64,000 nt of DNA, taken from positions 32,001 to 96,000 of the IMG/VR virus record IMGVR_UViG_3300025009_000051, one strand, 5' to 3'. The notes under the pieces were generated by a model. It was not told where the DNA came from, ran no database searches, and saw only the letters and a program-made list of their open reading frames with translations. Below are positions 19,254-27,723 of this stretch, in pieces. The DNA is from a virus. Within the stretch, counting starts at the first letter, position 1, and each line of letters opens with the position of its first letter. The translations under genes were made by a program, and so were the position numbers.

Positions 19254-19442
19254 TTATTTTGCTTGAGCGTGAGATCCTTTTGCTACATAAGGAGGCATTT
19301 CAGCTTGTACTAATGTTTCTACATCTGCTTCACTTGTTATTTGATAATAATCTTCTATTGCATATACCTTAGAGTCTACTTCGCTATATCCATATACAGT
19401 ATGATATTCTTCCGCAATCCATTGTAAAACTTGTTCGTTCAT
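19254..19442 (-). CDS. hypothetical protein
   Basis: 62 aa; TATATTTAT at 19472-19480. Confidence 0.55.
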   Translation of the reverse strand: MNEQVLQWIAEEYHTVYGYSEVDSKVYAIEDYYQITSEADVETLVQAEMPPYVAKGSHAQAK

Positions 19443-19494
19443 TTTTTAGTATTTAGGTGAATAATTTTAAAATAAATATATAATATTTTTATTT

Positions 19495-20232
19495 TTACAT
19501 ATTTTCATCTTCAGTAAGAATGATTTTTGTGGCGCTGTAAGTAACTTCACTCGATTGAATTAATTGTTGTTGCAAGTTTTGAGCTACAATAAATCCATTC
19601 ATATTAATTGTAAATGTACTTTTAACTGCTCTATCTTCACCCATATTCAATTCAATGCTTGTATCAAATCCAGGTATTCTTGCCGCAAACTTAAATTTAT
19701 TTGGTTCTCCCCAATAACTACTCTCGGCAAAATTTATTATTTCTTGAAGTTTATTCATTTGTTGCAATAACCTTGTCCATATAACACAATCATAAGTCAC
19801 TTCGATATATTTAGGTATTATTACATTGTGAAATTGTTTCTGCTTGGTTTTATTATACAACGCACTAAAATGATCATATCTATTATGTTCAGAATATTGT
19901 GAAGCGTGAGTGACATAAATTTCTGGTTTGTTTGCATCCAATTGTCTCGGATATTCTCTTGAATTTGTAAATCCAGTTCTTCTGAACATTATTAATGGAA
20001 CTTGAACCTTATTTTGTTCATCTCTAAAAAAACCATCGTGTCTTGTACTTTTCCATTTATCTGGTGAACCATATATAACAGGAACAGTTATTAGAGTATC
20101 ATTATCAATAACTCTTGGTTTTATCACTTCATTAAAATAATATTGTATTGCCCAATCTATATCATATAAATCATGAGTAACTGGTGCAATATTATCTGAT
20201 GTTCTTTTAGTATCTTTTTCTCGATTTTCCAT
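19495..20232 (-). CDS. T4 gp15-like tail sheath stabilizer / tail terminator
   Basis: ITVPVIYGSPDKW, VPLIMFRRTGF, EVTYDCVIWT...QMNKLQE; start likely ATG 20232. Confidence 0.7.
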   Translation of the reverse strand: MENREKDTKRTSDNIAPVTHDLYDIDWAIQYYFNEVIKPRVIDNDTLITVPVIYGSPDKWKSTRHDGFFRDEQNKVQVPLIMFRRTGFTNSREYPRQLDANKPEIYVTHASQYSEHNRYDHFSALYNKTKQKQFHNVIIPKYIEVTYDCVIWTRLLQQMNKLQEIINFAESSYWGEPNKFKFAARIPGFDTSIELNMGEDRAVKSTFTINMNGFIVAQNLQQQLIQSSEVTYSATKIILTEDENM

Positions 20233-20266
20233 AAATTTGTTTTTAAATAAATATAAGAACATTATT

Positions 20267-21766
20267 TTAATTTATAGATAGAGCAGGAAATAAGTTTATT
20301 TTTTCAAATTCTTCTTTTATTGTATCAATTACAATATCTTTATAAATACTTTCACATAAAATGCTATCATGAATTGTAGCTAATAAAATATTAGGATTTT
20401 TTTCATTTATTTTTTTACATATTTTTCTTATAATTAAATCACTTTCTTCTTTTTGTAGTAGAATAGATAATTGTTTATAATCTTTTATTTTATATGAATT
20501 TATGATACTATATATTAATGGATATTTCTTTAAGAATTTTAATTCAATATCACTTATATATTTTTTCCAATATCTTCCAAAGAAAAGGTATTTGAAAAAT
20601 ATTTCTTTGAATTCATTTCTATTTTCATTTTCTGATATTAACCTATCATAAAATACTCCTTTTTCTGTTTCTTTTTTATATCTACTCCATTCTTCAATTA
20701 TAAATTCTTTCTTTTTTTCTTCCGGTAGAATATCAAGAAATGTAGTTGCTACATAGATCAATTCATCATATAGCAAAGGTTGCAAATTATTATAAAACGA
20801 ATCATAATCATAGATATTATTAATCACTTCATTTAATTTATTTACATTTAATTCTTCTGGATTTATTACTATACCTTGATATTGTAAAGAATTATTTTCT
20901 AAATATTTTTGAATTAGAATGTTGAATAAAAGAGGTTGACTATTCTTTATATCAATATTAATTAATTTATGATTGTTAGATATTTCTAAATTATTATCTT
21001 TTTCATATTGTATTCTATCGAAGTATAAATATTTTCTATAATATCTTGATAGACTGGTTAATTGAGTATAATGTCTAAAACCAGGATTAATCCATGTAAA
21101 GAAAGTATCATCTAATTGATTAAAAGATTTAATCATATAAGTATGATATTTATATTGATAATCTGTTAATATGTCAGAAATAGAATCACAAAAAATTATT
21201 GCTTCATCTTCTTTAATTTTTAAATATTTGTATTGTTTATACATTCTATTTGCATCTTCATCTTTTTCTAAATTATTATTAAATAATTTTTGATTCTTTT
21301 CTTTTAATTTTCCGATATAATCATTAGTTATTACTTTCGTTGAAATATCATCTATATAATCTTTATGCAATCGATATTGTTTAGATTTTGTTCCAACTGA
21401 ATAGGGTTCTACTAATTTTCCTTCTTTATTTTTTTTAGTGAATACATTTATTAAATTATTATCAAGTAAAACAGATCTGATATGATAATATATTCCTGGA
21501 TCATTGCCCAAATCAAAACTCATTTTATTCTTATTTATTGGAACAAAATCATGATAAGATAATTTCTTATATGTTTGTTGATAAATAATGTTATGAACAA
21601 ATAACTGATATTTGAATAATAATTTTGGTTTGTAGTCTGAAAGAGTGATTAATGTGTCTTCTAATTTTCTTGAGTAAAAAATTCTTTTTTGATTATTAGA
21701 CATTGATTTGTTTTTGAATTTTATTCTATGTATATTTGTGTGATGAATATATAAAAAATTCTGCAC
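20267..21766 (-). CDS. second PolA-superfamily palm-domain protein with N-terminal nucleic-acid-binding region
   Basis: R.YTQLTSL, motif A NIDIKNSQP, motif B RNEFKEIFFKYLFFG, LQKEES, motif C TIHDSI; N-terminal YSVGTKSKQYRL. Confidence 0.6.
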   Translation of the reverse strand: MQNFLYIHHTNIHRIKFKNKSMSNNQKRIFYSRKLEDTLITLSDYKPKLLFKYQLFVHNIIYQQTYKKLSYHDFVPINKNKMSFDLGNDPGIYYHIRSVLLDNNLINVFTKKNKEGKLVEPYSVGTKSKQYRLHKDYIDDISTKVITNDYIGKLKEKNQKLFNNNLEKDEDANRMYKQYKYLKIKEDEAIIFCDSISDILTDYQYKYHTYMIKSFNQLDDTFFTWINPGFRHYTQLTSLSRYYRKYLYFDRIQYEKDNNLEISNNHKLINIDIKNSQPLLFNILIQKYLENNSLQYQGIVINPEELNVNKLNEVINNIYDYDSFYNNLQPLLYDELIYVATTFLDILPEEKKKEFIIEEWSRYKKETEKGVFYDRLISENENRNEFKEIFFKYLFFGRYWKKYISDIELKFLKKYPLIYSIINSYKIKDYKQLSILLQKEESDLIIRKICKKINEKNPNILLATIHDSILCESIYKDIVIDTIKEEFEKINLFPALSIN

Positions 21767-21783
21767 TTAAACAAATAAAAATT

Positions 21784-21996
21784 ATGAATGAATTAAATTT
21801 AACCAAAGAAAATGTTGGTGGATGGGTCGAATAAGTTCCATCTCATAAAAGAGGAGAAAAAGGTAGAATTAAATCTTATAATAATGAAATCCAATCTGCA
21901 TTTGTTGTTTTTCACTGCAATGATGAATGGGATAAGTATGTGAATTATACTGGACAATTAGTAAGCTATTCAGACTTAAGATTTTTACAAATTTAG
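21784..21996 (+). pseudogene. small gene interrupted by in-frame TAA
   Basis: MNELNLTKENVGGWVE*VPSHKRGEKGRIKSYNN...FVVFHCNDEWDKYVNYTG...*; TAA 21832-21834. Confidence 0.6.
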
Positions 21997-22401
21997 TTCA
22001 ATTACTACATCTTCAGTATCTGCGGGAACATGAGATAAATTATAGTTTATGCTTATATACACAATATGCTTATCACTATCTACTTCTAAAGTAATGCTAT
22101 TAACAGTAAGATAAGGTAACCAAGTAGCTATTGCAGATTTTATATCTTCTTGAACATTTAATACCAAATTTGAATTATCTGGTTCGAATAAAATTTTTCT
22201 TACATTTGTTCCATAAGAAGGTCTCATTACTCTTTCACCCTTTACAGTATTGATAAGCATTTTTAAATTAGTTCTCGCTTGATCTTTAGTTGTATAATTT
22301 AATTTAAAGAAGTTTTGATTATTACTATTTAAAGGTAAAGCTATACCAACTGCTTTGTTAGCATCTATATCTAATGGGTGTATTTTGGCGGTTAAAGACA
22401 T
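21985..22401 (-). CDS. baseplate wedge protein, T4 gp25-like
   Basis: NLKMLINTVKGERVMRPSYGTNVRKILFE...AIATWLPY. Confidence 0.9.
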   Translation of the reverse strand: MSLTAKIHPLDIDANKAVGIALPLNSNNQNFFKLNYTTKDQARTNLKMLINTVKGERVMRPSYGTNVRKILFEPDNSNLVLNVQEDIKSAIATWLPYLTVNSITLEVDSDKHIVYISINYNLSHVPADTEDVVIELNL

Positions 22402-22431
22402 TTAGTTTTTTTAAATAAATATAATCTTTAT

Positions 22432-22761
22432 TTAAATTCTATTAAAATCTTCTGGAATTGGCTTCGTAATTATAAAATCATATTTTGGTTTTTCATCTCC
22501 TTCTGACATAGAAGAACATACACCGAGTTCATAAAGATTTATATTTTCTTTACCAATTCGATAAGTCAAAAAATCTTTTAAATTTATTTCTTCTATTTCA
22601 TCAAATTCTTCTGATATACCATATATAGAAAGAGTATGATGATTATGTCGATCTTGTTCGATTAGAATTGGCTGAATTTTATCATACATTAACGATAATA
22701 AATTTTCATTAATTACATCTTCAAACATTTCTACAGTTGCTTTAATGTGTCCAATTTTCAT
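22432..22761 (-). CDS. hypothetical protein
   Basis: 109-aa ORF. Confidence 0.6.
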   Translation of the reverse strand: MKIGHIKATVEMFEDVINENLLSLMYDKIQPILIEQDRHNHHTLSIYGISEEFDEIEEINLKDFLTYRIGKENINLYELGVCSSMSEGDEKPKYDFIITKPIPEDFNRI

Positions 22762-22773
22762 TTTATTTTAAAT

Positions 22774-23022
22774 TTAATTTAAATGCTTCGTTAATTTTGC
22801 CACATATTCATATTCTTCTTTTTTTATAAATTCTTGATATATCTCTTTCAATAGTTTTTTAGTATAATTTATCTTGATGATAGAATATATTGAAGGCACT
22901 TCTATTAAGAAATAATCAAACGATAAAGATGAATCGATAATATGCTTAAATATTTTATTTTTATTTGTTATTAATTCTTTAAATTCTTTTCTATCTTCTA
23001 TGATAAGTGGTTTTGGTTCCAT
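22774..23022 (-). CDS. hypothetical protein with C-terminal EEYEYVAKL (UVR-like helix)
   Basis: 82-aa ORF; TATATTTAT at 23052-23060. Confidence 0.55.
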   Translation of the reverse strand: MEPKPLIIEDRKEFKELITNKNKIFKHIIDSSLSFDYFLIEVPSIYSIIKINYTKKLLKEIYQEFIKKEEYEYVAKLTKHLN

Positions 23023-23102
23023 AACTCTAAATTTTTATTTTATATTTATTAATAAATATATTGAAAATATAAATAAAAAAAAATTAATAAACAAATTTTT
23101 TT

Positions 23103-23606
23103 ATGCCGTACACAGATTTAGCCCTTGGATTCAAATACAAAAGTAAAGAAGAGAGAAATACAGAAATACAAATAATAAAAGAATCTCATCATTTAGAATT
23201 ATCAGAAGATAGATATTATGTGTATGCGTATCTTCATCCTAAATTTCCTGGTGAATATATTTATGGCAATTTTAAATTTGATTATGCGCCCTTCTACATA
23301 GGGAAAGGGGTAAATTCTAATATCAGTTCTTATCAAAGATTATTTTCACATTTGTATTATAATCCAAAGAAAATGAAAAGTGATAAACATAAAACAATTG
23401 ATAAAATAAAGAAAGAAATGAATAGATTACCAATTATTATTAAAGTTATAGAAAATGTTTCTGAGGAAATATCATTTGATGTAGAAAACTTTTTAATAGA
23501 AAAAATAGGTAGAATTGAGAATAGAACCGGAATGTTGACTAATATTCAACGCGGTCATAAGACGAAATGGGAAAAAGAATACGAAAAAATTAAAATAAAA
23601 AAATAA
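23103..23606 (+). CDS. GIY-YIG-superfamily (LEM-3-like) endonuclease
   Basis: YYVYAYL...PFYIGKG...RLFSH...VENFLIEKIG...LTNIQRG. Confidence 0.7.
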   Translation: MPYTDLALGFKYKSKEERNTEIQIIKESHHLELSEDRYYVYAYLHPKFPGEYIYGNFKFDYAPFYIGKGVNSNISSYQRLFSHLYYNPKKMKSDKHKTIDKIKKEMNRLPIIIKVIENVSEEISFDVENFLIEKIGRIENRTGMLTNIQRGHKTKWEKEYEKIKIKK

Positions 23607-23647
23607 TTTCTTATATTTATTATAAAAATTTTATTAACTTTGTAAAT

Positions 23648-24052
23648 ATGAAAAAAGAACTTAAAATCAAACTTCAACAGATAATCAAAGAAGAATATCA
23701 GAAATTAATATCTGAAAAAATAAATCCTTCTCAACTTTTAAACTGGAAGCCCGGCCTGCGTAGCCCGAAATTTGAGGCTATTTATGCAAGATTACTTAAA
23801 CCTATAGATCAAGGAAAAAAAATAAAAATTAAATATAAAGACAAAGCAGGATTTGACCGCATGACTCAAATTGAAGTAAATAATAATATTTCCAATGAAG
23901 CCAAAATTGTTGTGATTGATTTAGAAATAGGTTATTATGCACAAAATGAACTTTTTTTTATTAAAGATTTGGGCTTCTTTCATGTAAATAAACCTTATGC
24001 CGAAGAACTTAAAGATTTCCCAGAAGAATATAAAAAATATTTAAACAAATAA
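23648..24052 (+). CDS. leader-family small protein (candidate head-internal protein)
   Basis: MKKELKIKLQQIIKEEYQKLISE. Confidence 0.7.
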   Translation: MKKELKIKLQQIIKEEYQKLISEKINPSQLLNWKPGLRSPKFEAIYARLLKPIDQGKKIKIKYKDKAGFDRMTQIEVNNNISNEAKIVVIDLEIGYYAQNELFFIKDLGFFHVNKPYAEELKDFPEEYKKYLNK

Positions 24053-24058
24053 AAACAT

Positions 24059-24613
24059 ATGAAACCAGAATTAAAAATCAAACTTCAACAGATAATCAAA
24101 GAAGAATATAATTCAATAATGAAAGAAAGTGAATTACAAGATGAATACAATAAATTCTTTGATACATTACTTTCTAAATACAATGTAAAAAGTCCAGAGG
24201 AATTATCAGATGAAAAGAAAAAATCATTCTTCAATAATATTGAAACATATTGGAAAGAGGGTGAAGGAGCAACTGAAGGATGGGAAGATAAGATAACAGT
24301 ATCTGAGAATAAGAAGACTAAATTACATCCTTTTCAAAAAGAAGCATTGAATAAGTTTAAAGAAAATAAATTTAAATTAACTTCATTATTATCAGAATTA
24401 GATATTCAAGATCCCAAAGAAGCGTATAAATTTATAAAAAGAGCTCAAGTATATTGTAAAGAAAATGATGAAGAAGGATATAAGAATATTATGGAAGCAT
24501 TTAATAAATATAATTGTGATAATCCTGAAGAAATAAATTGGGTTAAATTATATGATCAATTAAAACCAGTTTTACAGAAATGTAAGATATATGAAAAATT
24601 AAAAATAAAATAA
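24059..24613 (+). CDS. leader-family protein with FF...SP...FFNNI..YW domain
   Basis: MKPELKIKLQQIIKEEYNSIMKE followed by a domain shared with 25179. Confidence 0.75.
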   Translation: MKPELKIKLQQIIKEEYNSIMKESELQDEYNKFFDTLLSKYNVKSPEELSDEKKKSFFNNIETYWKEGEGATEGWEDKITVSENKKTKLHPFQKEALNKFKENKFKLTSLLSELDIQDPKEAYKFIKRAQVYCKENDEEGYKNIMEAFNKYNCDNPEEINWVKLYDQLKPVLQKCKIYEKLKIK

Positions 24614-24626
24614 TAAATAATCAGTT

Positions 24627-25157
24627 ATGTCGTACAAAAAAATATTTAAAAAAGTTTTTTTAAAAGGTGAAAGAATAGAAGTATCGTTTTTAAAAGAACA
24701 TCAAGAAAGAAAAGAGGGAGATATTTGGGAAGAAAACGGAAAGAAGTGGACAATAGAAAATGGAATTAAAAAGACAGTATCAAGATTCAAAGAATTAAGA
24801 AAAGAAATTTTAATACCATTAACTTGTCCGAAATGTAATGAACCAATGGTAAAGACTAAAGATCCAGAATTCTATCGACTATTTAATATGTGTTTAATAT
24901 GTAAAATAGAAGAAGATGAACAAAGAAAAAAAGATGGAACTTATGAAGAATATGAAAAAGAATTGATTAAAAAGAATAAGAAAGAATGGGTGAATGAATT
25001 AGAATCAGTTCTACATGAATTTGTAGAAAAACATGACAGTGAATATATTCATAATGAATTTGGAGACGTTGAGACGGTTGAACAGAATATGAGTAAAGAA
25101 GAATTGAAAGAACTGTTAGATAAACAATTGAAAGAAATAAAAGAAAATATAAAATAA
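24627..25157 (+). CDS. conserved phage protein with CxxC/CxxC zinc motif
   Basis: KEGDIWEENGKKWTIENGIK...CPKC...CLIC. Confidence 0.7.
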   Translation: MSYKKIFKKVFLKGERIEVSFLKEHQERKEGDIWEENGKKWTIENGIKKTVSRFKELRKEILIPLTCPKCNEPMVKTKDPEFYRLFNMCLICKIEEDEQRKKDGTYEEYEKELIKKNKKEWVNELESVLHEFVEKHDSEYIHNEFGDVETVEQNMSKEELKELLDKQLKEIKENIK

Positions 25158-25178
25158 ACAATTAAAATTAAAATAAAA

Positions 25179-25985
25179 ATGGCAAAATTATCTCCACTTC
25201 AAAAAGCATATAGAAAATATTTTAAATCTATGCTTAAAAAATATGGTGTTGAATCACCTGCGAAAATCACTCCTGAAGAAAAAAAGAAAGCATTCTTTAA
25301 CAATATTAGAAAATATTGGGAAAATGGAGTTGGTTCGAAAGATAAATGGGAAGAAAAAATTAATTTAGTTGAAGAAGCTAAATCAAATAAATCTTTTCCT
25401 GATGTAGTCTTAGAAAATAAAGAACTTATTGAAAAATCAGTTGTTAAAGAAAATACAATTCGAAGAATAATAGGTGAAGAATATAAGAAATTATTGAAAG
25501 AAGAAAATGAATTGTTAAAAGCACAAGATGCTGCAAAAGCAACAATGTTCAAGATTAAAAAATTATATGATGACTTTTATAATAAAATGATAAATTTAAA
25601 ATTAATAGGATCATATAAATCTACAGTTAGACCATATAATAATGGATATGAATTAGATGTTAGAGTAAGAGAAAGTGAAGATTTATGGGATAAAAATTTT
25701 AAAGAAAAATACAATGCCTTACCAAATGTAATTCAAACCATGCTATATTCTTTACCTTCGATTACATTTCAACCTGGACCTTTCCTTCAATCAGATTTAG
25801 ATAAAGGAGAAACTAATAAAATGGAAGGATATTGCTCGGTGATAAAAAATGGTAAAGGAGCTACTTCTTCTTTTAATTATGAAGTTAAAGATAAAAATGA
25901 TATTAAGAAAGCAGCAGATGAATTCTATAAAATAAATGTCGATTTTATTAAAGATGCTACTGCAGAATTAAATAAAGTGAAATAA
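25179..25985 (+). CDS. multi-module head-associated protein
   Basis: N-terminal YF...YGVESP...FFNNIRKYW domain; internal leader-like TIRRIIGEEYKKLLKE. Confidence 0.7.
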   Translation: MAKLSPLQKAYRKYFKSMLKKYGVESPAKITPEEKKKAFFNNIRKYWENGVGSKDKWEEKINLVEEAKSNKSFPDVVLENKELIEKSVVKENTIRRIIGEEYKKLLKEENELLKAQDAAKATMFKIKKLYDDFYNKMINLKLIGSYKSTVRPYNNGYELDVRVRESEDLWDKNFKEKYNALPNVIQTMLYSLPSITFQPGPFLQSDLDKGETNKMEGYCSVIKNGKGATSSFNYEVKDKNDIKKAADEFYKINVDFIKDATAELNKVK

Positions 25986-25992
25986 AAAATTA

Positions 25993-26691
25993 ATGCAAAA
26001 AAACTCTTTAATAGAATATTTTATCATTTTCAATAAAAACCAAATCAAAAAGATAATTTCTGAGATAAGTAATTCAAATGCTATTGAAGTTGAATCTCTT
26101 GGAAAGTATATGGTAGATGATGGTCCACAAGCTTATTTTCAAAAAATGGCAGATTATAAAAATGTAACAAAAGGAAGAGCGGAATTTTTTGGATATCAAG
26201 TTATAAACTATCTTGTACCAGATATGGAATTAGAACAACATAAAACAAATTATCCAGATGGACCAATAGAAGGATCAAGTTATTTTTATGATCAAATAAA
26301 TGATGAAGGAATAGGTAGACCAGAATGGATTAATATTTTATCAAGTAAGCATCCAGCATTAAGAAGATGGAAATGGCATATAGATAGAATTGTTAAAACA
26401 GTTGGAATGGAATATGTATCAACTATTAAAGAAAATAAAGATATTAATTTAAATAATTTCTATATTACTTATAAAGATAATCAACTTAAGATTACCGACG
26501 ATATTAAAAATAAAAAATTATACAACATTGTTTCTATTATAAATGAAAAAACTTCTCCAATTCTTATTTCTAAATTGATCTTAATTAATAATTATCAGAA
26601 TAAAAATAAATTATTCAATAAAGGTAAAAATTTTATATTGTGTGAATTTAAACAAGAAAAATTAAAGATAAAAAAAATGATTAAAGACTAA
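25993..26691 (+). CDS. hypothetical protein
   Basis: 232 aa; DDGP...GYQVINYL...RWKWHIDRI motifs. Confidence 0.65.
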   Translation: MQKNSLIEYFIIFNKNQIKKIISEISNSNAIEVESLGKYMVDDGPQAYFQKMADYKNVTKGRAEFFGYQVINYLVPDMELEQHKTNYPDGPIEGSSYFYDQINDEGIGRPEWINILSSKHPALRRWKWHIDRIVKTVGMEYVSTIKENKDINLNNFYITYKDNQLKITDDIKNKKLYNIVSIINEKTSPILISKLILINNYQNKNKLFNKGKNFILCEFKQEKLKIKKMIKD

Positions 26692-26714
26692 TTTTTAACC
26701 ACTTTTTCTTTTAT

Positions 26715-26749
26715 AATCCAATAAGATTAATTTTTTATTGGATTTTTTT
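26715..26749. terminator. bidirectional terminator between convergent genes
   Basis: Stem AATCCAATAA/TTATTGGATT followed by a T run. Confidence 0.65.
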
Positions 26750-26751
26750 GT

Positions 26752-26916
26752 CTATAATAGTAATGTCTTTATAGTAGCAATCTTATTGTTATTTGTTCTT
26801 CTATTTAATTTGTCTTCTTCAATTAGAAGTAACAACTCTTCTAAATCTTCTTTAGAAAGATTCTTCCACATTCTAATATATTTTTGTGTTTCTTTATTAT
26901 CCGCTTTTGATTTCAT
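26752..26916 (-). CDS. small hypothetical protein (54 aa)
   Basis: MKSKADNKETQKYIRMWKNLSKEDLEELLLL...; hand translated. Confidence 0.5.
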   Translation of the reverse strand: MKSKADNKETQKYIRMWKNLSKEDLEELLLLIEEDKLNRRTNNNKIATIKTLLL

Positions 26917-26929
26917 TTTATTAGTTTGT

Positions 26930-27337
26930 TTATGTGAACAATTCCGAAATATCTATTTTTTCTACAATGGATTCTTTTTTAAATACCACTTGAAATTTAG
27001 ATGTGTGATAATCTGTACAAGTAATTGCATAAACTCTAAAGCCAAATTTATCAATTAATTCTTTGATTTCTTCTAAAGTCAATGCTTCTTTTATTTGATC
27101 CATAGAAAGAAAAGCAAAATGATAAAATTGTATTGCAAAATTATTTATTTTTGAGTTTAATTCGGTGTCTTGTGAATGACTTGGAAATTTTGTTGCATCA
27201 TTGTGCCTATCACTTATTGCTTCATATCTAGAATGATTTAAAAGTTTTAATCCATTATAAAATCCATTAGTAGAACTTCTCCAAAATCCATCTCCTGTTT
27301 CAGGATCTTCTATTCTATAAATTGTTCTTTTTTCCAT
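26930..27337 (-). CDS. hypothetical protein
   Basis: IYRIEDPETGDGFW, FAFLSMDQI, QVVF motifs. Confidence 0.7.
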   Translation of the reverse strand: MEKRTIYRIEDPETGDGFWRSSTNGFYNGLKLLNHSRYEAISDRHNDATKFPSHSQDTELNSKINNFAIQFYHFAFLSMDQIKEALTLEEIKELIDKFGFRVYAITCTDYHTSKFQVVFKKESIVEKIDISELFT

Positions 27338-27378
27338 AATTTTTTATTTTGCTTAATAAAAATTATATATCTATTATC

Positions 27379-27588
27379 TTATCGTAAATATTGTGGAGTT
27401 GTTAAAGAAATACCTAATAAGAATTTTCGTGCTTTATCTACATCTTCTATATTATTTATAAAGATGTTTTTACCATATTTTGAACTGACCTCAGTATAAG
27501 ATATATTCATTTTTTCTAATCCTTTCCTTAGAACATCATTATATTTTGCTCTTTGTTTTGTTAATTGAATGTAGGTTAAATGTGTCAT
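27379..27588 (-). CDS. hypothetical protein
   Basis: Start likely ATG 27588 (MTHLTYIQL), downstream of host-type promoter. Confidence 0.6.
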   Translation of the reverse strand: MTHLTYIQLTKQRAKYNDVLRKGLEKMNISYTEVSSKYGKNIFINNIEDVDKARKFLLGISLTTPQYLR

Positions 27589-27632
27589 AATTATTAATTT
27601 TAATTGTTTACCCTTATAATTATTTATATAAA

Positions 27633-27664
27633 CAAATATACAACGAATAAATGAAACAAACAAA
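27633..27664 (-). promoter_or_regulatory. Bacteroidota sigma-A type promoter
   Basis: Minus strand TTTG-N20-TATATTTG; shares TTTGTTTGTTTC with 12994. Confidence 0.75.
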
Positions 27665-27693
27665 TAATTTTTAATTAATTTTTAAAAAAATTC

Positions 27694-27702
27694 TATATTT
27701 AT
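27694..27702 (+). promoter_or_regulatory. TATATTTAT putative phage late-promoter motif (terminase copy)
   Basis: One of at least 13 gene-oriented copies 13-37 nt upstream of start codons. Confidence 0.5.
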
Positions 27703-27723
27703 TTGTATAAGAAGTTAAGAGTT

